Shown here: positions 56,786 to 63,668 of the stretch, in pieces
Layout: each line of letters opens with the position of its first letter
How positions within the stretch are numbered: position 1 is the stretch's first letter
Assembly (NCBI GenBank): GCA_900771325.1
Contig: CAAGNN010000087.1
Coordinates: 1 to 63,668 of the forward strand
Source of the DNA: Kiritimatiellia bacterium
GTDB taxonomy: Bacteria; Verrucomicrobiota; Kiritimatiellia; RFP12; DVOR01
Length of the DNA: 63,668 nt
Direction of reading: 5' to 3'
Notes under the pieces: generated by a model
Database searches by the model: none
What the model saw: only the letters and a program-made list of their open reading frames with translations
Told to the model about the DNA's origin: nothing
Translations under genes and position numbers: made by a program

Positions 56786-56796
56786 ATTCTACCACA
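56786..56796 (-). promoter_or_regulatory. extended -10 element TGTGGTAGAAT, 6 nt upstream of the ATG (leaderless candidate)
   Basis: The reverse complement of 56777-56796 reads TGTGGTAGAAT-GGCGGT-ATG. Confidence 0.45.
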
Positions 56797-56836
56797 TTCC
56801 CCCGCGCGTTGCCCGGGGGCGTGGCGCGGCGCGAAG

Positions 56837-57475
56837 TCACTGCGCGGCCGGCTGAGTCGCCTCAAGGCGGCTACGCAGAATGACCGATGCCCCCTCGCCG
56901 GCAGCCTTGAGCTGCTTGCCCAGCTTGACCGTGTCGCCCCCCAACTTCAAGCGTGTGGCATTCTGGGCCAGACGGTTGGTGATGTTGGAAATCGAGCCGT
57001 CGTTGCGCAAGTTGTCGGTGTAGTTCGCCAATGCCTTCGTTTGGGCCTCAATCTCGCGCATCGTGGCCTGATAGCCGGAGGTAATCGCCGCCTGGAAGGC
57101 CGCACGCTGCTCGGCATCGGGCAGATTTTGGACCTTCTCAGCCACCGCCGCCAGCACCGTCTGCAAGTCAGCCCCCTTGCCGGCGGCCGTGTCCTGCGCG
57201 TCCTGGTAGACCCGCTGATAGATGGCAAAGACCTTCTCGGAGATGGCATTGAAGTCCGCCACCGCTGAGGGTGCCGACTCCTGCGGCACCGAGCAGACCA
57301 CCTTGGCCGGGGCCTCGGCCTGTGCAAGCCACTGCTCCAACGGCGAAGCGGCCTCCACAGCCACCTGCTGGGCCGGCTCGGCCGGAGCCGCCGCGCCACC
57401 CTTCGTCTGGGCACACCCAGCCGTCAACAGCACGGCCAGGACCATCAAGAGGAAAAAGGGATATGTGTTGTTCAT
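56837..57475 (-). CDS. hypothetical lipoprotein (helical, Ala/Gln-rich)
   Basis: The signal peptide carries a lipobox: FFLLMVLAVLLTAGC. Confidence 0.7.
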   Translation of the reverse strand: MNNTYPFFLLMVLAVLLTAGCAQTKGGAAAPAEPAQQVAVEAASPLEQWLAQAEAPAKVVCSVPQESAPSAVADFNAISEKVFAIYQRVYQDAQDTAAGKGADLQTVLAAVAEKVQNLPDAEQRAAFQAAITSGYQATMREIEAQTKALANYTDNLRNDGSISNITNRLAQNATRLKLGGDTVKLGKQLKAAGEGASVILRSRLEATQPAAQ

Positions 57476-57496
57476 CTCTGCAACCTTTCATTACAC

Positions 57497-57507
57497 ATAA
57501 TAGCACA
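57497..57507 (-). promoter_or_regulatory. extended -10 element TGTGCTATTAT
   Basis: The reverse complement reads TGTGCTATTAT, 21 nt upstream of the ATG at 57475. TTGCAC lies 19 nt upstream of the hexamer. Confidence 0.4.
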
Positions 57508-57551
57508 TCCCCCTGCCCTCGGTGCAACTCTTTTTCACGGCGTGTGGGGGA

Positions 57552-57608
57552 GCTTCGCTCCCAGCCGACAGCCGACAGCGGACAGCGGACAGCCGCGTGC
57601 CGCGACGG
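57552..57608. repeat. mosaic element tail (reverse orientation): GCTTCGCTCC + 7-bp microsatellite + CGCGTGCCGCGACGG
   Basis: GCTTCGCTCC at 57552-57561. Heptamers AGCCGAC AGCCGAC AGCGGAC AGCGGAC at 57563-57590. CGCGTGCCGCGACGG at 57594-57608. Confidence 0.9.
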
Positions 57609-57649
57609 AGGGACTAGGGGAGGGGTGGCGTGGAGGCCGGCCTCAGGTG

Positions 57650-57759
57650 ACCCGCCCCGGGTTCGGGGTCGATCCGCCCCGGGTTGACCTCCGACCCGCC
57701 CCGGGTTGGCCTCGTATCCGCCCCGGGTTCGTTTTGGTCCCGGGGCGGGTGGCCTGTCG
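57650..57759. repeat. 22-bp tandem array, 5 units
   Basis: Units start at 57650, 57672, 57694, 57716 and 57738. Confidence 0.9.
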
Positions 57760-57890
57760 AAGCAGGCCACGGCACAACGCTTATTGCGCCTCGCGCGCGT
57801 GCACGCGCGTGCCTTTTATATATTTGTGCTCGGCAGCGGGGGTGTCCGGAGGGCGCCCTCGCTCGGGCGTGCAAGCGAAGTGCGCGGGGT

Positions 57891-57901
57891 TGTGCTACAC
57901 T
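57891..57901 (+). promoter_or_regulatory. extended -10 element TGTGCTACACT
   Basis: TGTG-N-TAnnnT motif 29 nt upstream of the cysS ATG. Confidence 0.45.
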
Positions 57902-57930
57902 ATGGGCTCGTTTTAGCAAAGGACGTGACG

Positions 57931-59340
57931 ATGGATCTGCGCTTTTACAATTCGATGACGCGGCAGTTGGAGCCGTTTACTGCGTTGGAGCCGGGCAAGG
58001 TGGGGATGTACACTTGCGGGCCGACGGTCTACAACTTCGCGCATATTGGCAATTTCCGGGCCTATCTCTTTGAGGACTTCTTGAAGCGGACGCTCGAGTT
58101 CGCCGGCTACGAGGTCAAGCAGGTGATGAACCTGACGGATGTGGACGACAAGACCATCCGCGGGTCGCAGGCGGCGGGGAAGGCGCTCAAGGAGTACACC
58201 AAGCCTTATATCGAGGCCTTCTTCGCGGACCTCAAGGCGCTCAACGTGGAGCCGGCGGCGGTCTATCCGGCGGCAACCGATCACATTCCCGAGATGCAGA
58301 AGCTGATTGCCGCGCTCTTCGAGAAGGGGATTGCCTATAAGAGCGAGGATGGGTCGGTCTACTTTAGCGTGGAGCGCTTCCCGGGCTATGGGAAGTTGGC
58401 GCACCTGGAGCGCTCGGCGCTGCGCAGCGGGGTGCGGATTGCCGCCGATGAGTACGAGAAGGAGGGGGTGGGGGACTTTGCCCTCTGGAAAGGCTGGGAC
58501 GAGCAGGACGGCGATGTGGTCTGGGACGCGCCCTGGGGCCGCGGTCGCCCGGGTTGGCACCTGGAGTGCTCGGCGATGAGTATGAAGTACCTCGGCGAGA
58601 GCTTCGACCTGCACACCGGCGGCATCGACAACCTCTTCCCCCACCACGAGAACGAGATTGCCCAGGCCGAGGCGGTCACTGGCAAGCCCTTCGTTCACAC
58701 CTGGATGCACTGCGCGCACCTGCGCGTGAATGGGCAGAAGATGTCCAAGTCCCTCGGGAACTTCTTTACCTTGCGCGACCTCTTGGAGAAGGGCTACACG
58801 GGGCGCGAAATCCGCTACGTGCTCCTCAACGCGCAGTACCGACAGCCGCTGAACTTCACCTTCGAGGCGCTGGCCGCCGCGCGCACGGCTCTGGCGCGTA
58901 TCGATGGCTGCGTGGAGGCGCTGCGCGCGCGGGTCAAGGCCGGCACGGCCGATAATGGCGAGCGCGTCCCCTCGCACTTGGAGGCCTTTGGCGCGGCGTT
59001 GGCCGACGACCTGAACGCCCCCGAGGCCTTTGCCGCCCTCTTCACCCTGGTGCGCGAGGCGAATGGTGCGCTCAATGGCGCGCTCTCTTCTGCCGGTGCC
59101 CAGGCGGTGCTCGACGAGCTGGCGCGGATGGACAAGGTCCTCGGCTTCATCTTCTTTGGCGCGGCCCAGGCCGAGGCCGAGATACCCGCCGAGATTGCCG
59201 CCCTTGCCGAGGCGCGGGCCCAGGCGCGCGCGGCGAAGAATTGGGCCGAGAGCGACCGTCTGCGCGACGAACTGGCCGCCAAGGGTTGGTCTGTGCGCGA
59301 CAGCAAGGCCGGTCAGGAACTCAAGCCGTTGGCGAAGTGA
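57931..59340 (+). CDS. cysS: cysteine--tRNA ligase
   Basis: HIGH-type motif AHIGNFR and the KMSKS motif. Start at the ATG at 57931. Confidence 0.96.
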   Translation: MDLRFYNSMTRQLEPFTALEPGKVGMYTCGPTVYNFAHIGNFRAYLFEDFLKRTLEFAGYEVKQVMNLTDVDDKTIRGSQAAGKALKEYTKPYIEAFFADLKALNVEPAAVYPAATDHIPEMQKLIAALFEKGIAYKSEDGSVYFSVERFPGYGKLAHLERSALRSGVRIAADEYEKEGVGDFALWKGWDEQDGDVVWDAPWGRGRPGWHLECSAMSMKYLGESFDLHTGGIDNLFPHHENEIAQAEAVTGKPFVHTWMHCAHLRVNGQKMSKSLGNFFTLRDLLEKGYTGREIRYVLLNAQYRQPLNFTFEALAAARTALARIDGCVEALRARVKAGTADNGERVPSHLEAFGAALADDLNAPEAFAALFTLVREANGALNGALSSAGAQAVLDELARMDKVLGFIFFGAAQAEAEIPAEIAALAEARAQARAAKNWAESDRLRDELAAKGWSVRDSKAGQELKPLAK

Positions 59341-59966
59341 TGGCGCGCGGCAAGTTCATTACGCTGGAAGGGCCCGAGGGGGCCGGGAAGAGTACCCACC
59401 TGGCGCGCTTGGCCGAGGCGTTGCGTGCGCGCGGCATCGAGGTGTTGACCACGCGCGAGCCGGGCGGGACACCGCTCTGCGAGGCGGTGCGCGGGCTCCT
59501 GCAATTCAATCAGGCCGGCGAGGCCCCGCAGACGCGCGCGGAGGTGCTGCTCTTTTTGGCGAGCCGGGCGCAGTTGGTTTCGCAGGTCATTGCGCCGGCC
59601 CTCGCGCGCGGCACCTGGGTGTTGTGCGACCGTTTTTGCGACTCTACCTTTGCCTATCAGGGCTACGGTCGCGGGCTGGAACTGGCGCAGTTGCGCGCCC
59701 TGAACGCCTTTGCCACCGGCGGCCTAATGCCTGATTTGACGCTTCTGCTGGATATTCCCGAGGCCGAGAGCGCCCGGCGCTTGGCCGAACGCAAGGGGCC
59801 GGCAGACCGTTTTGAGCAGGAGCAGGCGGCCTTTCATCGCCGTTTGGCCGAAGGGTTCCGAGAGATGGCCACCGCAGAGCCGGCGCGCTTCCGGGTGATT
59901 GACAGTAGCGGCAGCGAGGCGCAGACCGCCGCGCAGATCCTCGCAGCCGTAGAAAGCTTTACGTGA
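59340..59966 (+). CDS. tmk: dTMP kinase
   Basis: FITLEGPEGAGKST P-loop. The ATG overlaps the cysS stop (TGATG). Confidence 0.93.
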   Translation: MARGKFITLEGPEGAGKSTHLARLAEALRARGIEVLTTREPGGTPLCEAVRGLLQFNQAGEAPQTRAEVLLFLASRAQLVSQVIAPALARGTWVLCDRFCDSTFAYQGYGRGLELAQLRALNAFATGGLMPDLTLLLDIPEAESARRLAERKGPADRFEQEQAAFHRRLAEGFREMATAEPARFRVIDSSGSEAQTAAQILAAVESFT

Positions 59967-60004
59967 TTGGCGCCAAACGCGCCGCAAGATGCGGAGAGAA
60001 GACG

Positions 60005-61774
60005 ATGAAGTTGGATCCTACGAAGTTGAAAGATTGGCAGATTGCCGAGGCCGCCGAGACCGAAATGCGCCCGATTGCCGAAGTGGCGCGCGACCTGGGC
60101 GTGGCCGATGGCGAACTCATCCCCTACGGCAACAGTTACGCAAAGATTGACGCCCACGCCGTCTTTGCCCGCACCGGTGGGAAGCAGAAGGCCAAGTACA
60201 TCGACGTGACGGCCATCACCCCCACGCCTCTGGGCGAGGGCAAGACCACCACCACCGTCGGCCTGCTCGAAGGCCTCGGGCGTTTGGGCAAGGCGTGTTG
60301 CGGCACCCTCCGCCAGCCCTCGGGCGGCCCCACCTTCAACATCAAGGGCGGCGCGGCCGGCGGCGGTCTGGCGCAGGTTATCCCCCTCACCCCCCTCTCG
60401 CTGGGGTTGACGGGCGACTTCGACGCCGTCGAGAAGGCCAACAACCTCTGCATGGTGGCCATCAACTCGCGGATGCAGCACGAGCGCAACCACGATGATG
60501 CCTGGCTCGCCACCAAGAAGCTCACGCGCCTGGATATCGACCCCGCGCGGGTGCAGTTCAAGTGGGCGCTGGACTTCTGCGCGCAGGGTCTGCGCCAGAT
60601 CCGCATTGGCCTGGGCGCCGGCACCCTCAACGGCTTTGAGATGGACTCGGGCTTCTACATCACCGTGGCCTCTGAAGTGATGGCCATCCTCGCGGTGGCC
60701 TCCGACCTCGCCGACCTGCGCAAGCGCATCGGCCGCATCATCGTGGCCTACACCAAGCAGGGCAAGCCCGTCACGACCGACGATCTGGAGGTGGCCGGCG
60801 CGATGACCGCTTGGCTCGTGCGCGCCCTCAACCCCACGCTGATGCAGACCATCGAGGGCCAGCCCGTCCTCGTCCACGCCGGCCCCTTCGCCAACATCGC
60901 CATTGGCCAGAACTCGGTGATTGCCGACCGCGTGGCCTGCGCGCTCACCGACTACGTGGTCACCGAGAGCGGCTTCGCGGCGGATATGGGCTTTGAGAAG
61001 TTCTGGAACATCAAGTGCCGTTGCTCGGGCCTCAAGCCCGATGCCGTGGTCCTCGTGGCCACCATCCGCGCGCTCAAGCGCCACGGCGGCGCGCCCGACG
61101 TCAAGCCCGGCACGCCCCTCGACCCGGCCTACACCCAGGAGAACCTCCCGCTGTTGGAGGCCGGCTGCCGCTCGAACCTCCTGGCGCACATCGACATCAT
61201 CCGCAAGTCCGGCATCCGCCCGGTGGTCTGCCTCAACCACTTCTACACCGATACCGACGCCGAAGTCGCCCTCGTCAAGCAGATTGTCGAGGAGGCCGGC
61301 TGCCGTTTCGCCCTCTCCAAGCACTGGGAGAAGGGTGGCGAGGGGGCCGAGGAGCTCGCCCGCCAGGTCATCGCCGCCTGCGAGGAGCCTAACGACTTCC
61401 ACTTCCTCTGCGACGTGGCCGAGCCCCTCTCCGCGCGCCTCGAGAAGCAGGTCAAGGAGGTCTACGGCGGCGAGGGCGTGGACTATGAGCCGGCCGCGCT
61501 CGAGAAGATGCGCGCCTTCGAGGCCAATCCCGAGACGGCCCACCTGCCGATCTGCGTGGCCAAGACCCAATACTCGCTCTCCGACGATGCCACTAAGATT
61601 GGCCGCCCCACCGGCTGGCGCCTGAAGGTCCAGGACATCCTCATCTACCAGGGCGCGGGCTTCATCGTCCCGGTCTCCGGCAAGATTATGTTGATGCCCG
61701 GCACCTCCGCCAACCCGGCCTATCGCCGCATCGATGTCGACGTCGAGACCGGCAAGGTCAAGGGCCTCTTCTAA
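60005..61774 (+). CDS. fhs: formate--tetrahydrofolate ligase
   Basis: VTAITPTPLGEGKTTTTVGL motif, with family-typical sequence throughout. Start at the ATG at 60005. Confidence 0.95.
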   Translation: MKLDPTKLKDWQIAEAAETEMRPIAEVARDLGVADGELIPYGNSYAKIDAHAVFARTGGKQKAKYIDVTAITPTPLGEGKTTTTVGLLEGLGRLGKACCGTLRQPSGGPTFNIKGGAAGGGLAQVIPLTPLSLGLTGDFDAVEKANNLCMVAINSRMQHERNHDDAWLATKKLTRLDIDPARVQFKWALDFCAQGLRQIRIGLGAGTLNGFEMDSGFYITVASEVMAILAVASDLADLRKRIGRIIVAYTKQGKPVTTDDLEVAGAMTAWLVRALNPTLMQTIEGQPVLVHAGPFANIAIGQNSVIADRVACALTDYVVTESGFAADMGFEKFWNIKCRCSGLKPDAVVLVATIRALKRHGGAPDVKPGTPLDPAYTQENLPLLEAGCRSNLLAHIDIIRKSGIRPVVCLNHFYTDTDAEVALVKQIVEEAGCRFALSKHWEKGGEGAEELARQVIAACEEPNDFHFLCDVAEPLSARLEKQVKEVYGGEGVDYEPAALEKMRAFEANPETAHLPICVAKTQYSLSDDATKIGRPTGWRLKVQDILIYQGAGFIVPVSGKIMLMPGTSANPAYRRIDVDVETGKVKGLF

Positions 61775-61788
61775 CCCCAGGAGCCGCT

Positions 61789-62595
61789 ATGCGCACTTGG
61801 ACGCCGCAGAAACTGCGGTCCCTCAAGGGCCAGACCCCCTTCGCCACGGTCACCTGCTACGATGCCACCAGCGCCACGCTCATCGAGGCGCTCGAGCCCG
61901 GCACCATCCCGCTCGTGCTCGTGGGTGATTCGCTGGGGATGACGATGCAGGGCCACAACTCCCCCCTGCCCGTCACCCTCGACGAGATGGTCTACCACAC
62001 TCGCTGCGTGGCCCGCGCCCTCCGCACCCCGATGTTGATTGCCGACCTCCCCTTCGGCGCCTACCAGGTCAGCGACGACGAGGGCTTCCGCAACGCCCTG
62101 CGTCTGATCAAGGAGGGTGATGCCGATGGCGTCAAACTCGAGGGCGGCGAGCGCTGCGTGCCGCTCATTCGCCGCTTGGTTGAAGCCGGCATCCCCGTCT
62201 GCGGCCACCTCGGCCTCACCCCGCAAAGCTGCCTGGCGATGGGCGGCTTCAAGGTCCAGGGGCGCGAAGCCGAGGCCGCCAAGCGCCTCATCGAGGAGGC
62301 CAAACTCCTCGCCAGTGCCGGGTGCTTCTGCCTGGTGGTTGAAGGCGTCCCGGCGGCCCTGGGCACGGCCATCACCAAGGCCGTCGCCATCCCCGTCATC
62401 GGCATTGGCGCCGGCGCGCAGACCGATGGCCAGATCCTCGTCTGGCAAGACCTCCTGGGCCTCAATATCGGCCACGTGCCCAAGTTCGCCCGCACCTTTG
62501 CCAACCTCGGCGAAACCATCCAGGGCGCCCTGCGCGCCTACGCCGGCGAAGTGGCCGCGCACACCTTCCCGGCCGAAGCGGAATCCTATCAGTAA
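61789..62595 (+). CDS. panB: 3-methyl-2-oxobutanoate hydroxymethyltransferase
   Basis: VTCYDATSA, LVGDSLGMTMQGH and KLEGG motifs. Confidence 0.95.
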   Translation: MRTWTPQKLRSLKGQTPFATVTCYDATSATLIEALEPGTIPLVLVGDSLGMTMQGHNSPLPVTLDEMVYHTRCVARALRTPMLIADLPFGAYQVSDDEGFRNALRLIKEGDADGVKLEGGERCVPLIRRLVEAGIPVCGHLGLTPQSCLAMGGFKVQGREAEAAKRLIEEAKLLASAGCFCLVVEGVPAALGTAITKAVAIPVIGIGAGAQTDGQILVWQDLLGLNIGHVPKFARTFANLGETIQGALRAYAGEVAAHTFPAEAESYQ

Positions 62596-62607
62596 TCGAG
62601 CAAACTT

Positions 62608-63624
62608 ATGACACTTCAAGAACTCCAGCAAGAACACGCCGCCTCCCTCCAAGCGCTCGCCGCGGCCACCTCGGCCGACGCCCTCGACGCGCTGCGCGTG
62701 CGCTACCTCGGCCGCAATGGCCTCATCCCGGGCCTCGTCAAGCAGATGAAGGACGTCCCGCCCGCCGACCGCCCCGCCTTCGGCAAGGAGCTTGGGGCCT
62801 GGCGCGGCGCCTTCGAGGCCGCCCTCGCCGAGAAGACCCTCGCCCTCCAGGCTGCGGCCGAGCCCGTGGCCGCCTTCGATGTCTCCCTCCCTGGCCGCTG
62901 GCACGCCGAGGGCGTCATCCACCCCGTCTCCCGCGTCATTGAAGAGGCTGCCGAGATCTTCCACCGCCTCGGCTTCACCGTGGCCGACGGCCCGGACATC
63001 GAGAACAAGTTCAACAACTTCACCGCCCTCAACACCGCCCCCCATCACCCCTCGATGGACCCGAGCGACACCTTTTGGTTCGACGCCGAGACCCTTCTGC
63101 GCACGCAGACCAGCCCCGTCCAAATCCGCACGATGAAGGCTAATCCGCCCCCCGTGCGCATCATCAACCCCGGCCGCTGCTACCGCCGCGACACCACCGA
63201 TGCCACTCACTCGGCCAACTTCCACCAGATCGAGGGCCTCTACGTGGACACCCGCCCCGTCTCCCTGGCCGACCTCAAGAGCACGCTGGCCTACTTCGCC
63301 CGCGCGATGATGGGCCCGGAGATTGGTGTGCGCTTCCGTCCGCACTTCTTCCCCTTCACCGAGCCGAGCGTGGAGGTGGACTTCACCTGCCACGTCTGCA
63401 AGGGCAAGGGCTGCCGCGTCTGCAAGCAGAGCGGCTGGATTGAGATTGCCGGCGCGGGGATGGTCGATCCGCGCGTCTACGAACACGTGGGCTACGACCC
63501 CGAGCAGGTCTACGGCTATGCCTTCGGCATGGGTGTTGAGCGCATCGCGATGATTAAGTACGGCATCCCCGATATCCGTTTCCTCTACGAGAACGACATT
63601 CGCTTCCTCTCGCAGATGCGCTAA
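62608..63624 (+). CDS. pheS: phenylalanine--tRNA ligase alpha subunit
   Basis: Class II motifs: HPSMDPSDTFW, RTQTSPVQIR, FRPHFFPFTEPSVEVD and GAGMVDP. Confidence 0.96.
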   Translation: MTLQELQQEHAASLQALAAATSADALDALRVRYLGRNGLIPGLVKQMKDVPPADRPAFGKELGAWRGAFEAALAEKTLALQAAAEPVAAFDVSLPGRWHAEGVIHPVSRVIEEAAEIFHRLGFTVADGPDIENKFNNFTALNTAPHHPSMDPSDTFWFDAETLLRTQTSPVQIRTMKANPPPVRIINPGRCYRRDTTDATHSANFHQIEGLYVDTRPVSLADLKSTLAYFARAMMGPEIGVRFRPHFFPFTEPSVEVDFTCHVCKGKGCRVCKQSGWIEIAGAGMVDPRVYEHVGYDPEQVYGYAFGMGVERIAMIKYGIPDIRFLYENDIRFLSQMR

Positions 63625-63668
63625 CCAGCCCTTCGGCCGCCTATCAAGGCCCGCTTCAAGATCGGAAG

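Noticed and set aside
58551-58575. Sigma-54 promoters (TGGCAC-N5-TTGC), looked for because rpoN is in the window
   Set aside because: The TGGCAC occurrences I saw (about 3506, 8249, 11347, 25622, 31170 and 58555) are inside genes or lack the TTGC element at the correct spacing.

Overview
High-GC (about two-thirds G+C by eye) bacterial chromosomal window made almost entirely of housekeeping genes. They sit in tightly packed, often translationally coupled operons.

Operons read:
- ftsB-like and lpxI; uvrC; an isolated OppB/YejB-type permease; rpsO
- oadG-oadA-oadB (Na+-decarboxylase)
- a GH89 alpha-N-acetylglucosaminidase
- carboxynorspermidine dehydrogenase, proA, 5-formyl-THF cyclo-ligase, MBL hydrolase
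- a secreted squalene-cyclase-repeat protein, a Ser/Thr kinase, galE
- an rpiB-glyA fusion followed by a small membrane protein, an AlkP-family protein, two DEAD-box helicases and queD
- a C25-like peptidase
- DJ-1, rpoN, a 2-hydroxyacid dehydrogenase, recO
- gyrA and a SWIM-SNF2 helicase
- nusA-infB-rbfA-truB-ribF-mutS
- a metallophosphoesterase, ettA, a membrane protein
- cysS-tmk-fhs-panB-pheS

LpxI and sigma-54 imply a Gram-negative envelope. The secreted-protein repertoire (GH89, C25, PA14, prenyltransferase-repeat) is reminiscent of PVC-group bacteria, but I cannot establish taxonomy from this window.

I found no rRNA or tRNA gene, no CRISPR array, no integrase, transposase or phage gene, and no recognisable defence or toxin-antitoxin system.

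What is unusual is mostly non-coding:
1. A dispersed family of strictly 22-bp-phased tandem arrays: 9 loci, 63 units by hand count. They sit at operon boundaries and are embedded in a modular mosaic element that also carries a 7-bp microsatellite.
2. An array of eight hexamer half-sites in alternating orientation at exact 11-bp spacing.
3. A perfect 32-bp tandem duplication that frameshifts the conserved C-terminus of the GH89 gene.
4. A roughly 3-kb low-GC two-gene glycosylation cassette (GT2 plus a GT-C-like membrane protein) immediately downstream of that lesion.
5. A recurrent extended -10 motif, TGTG-N-TAnnnT, with three apparently leaderless genes.
6. An RpiB-GlyA fusion ORF.

All coordinates were derived by hand and anchored to the ORF track. 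No database search was possible.
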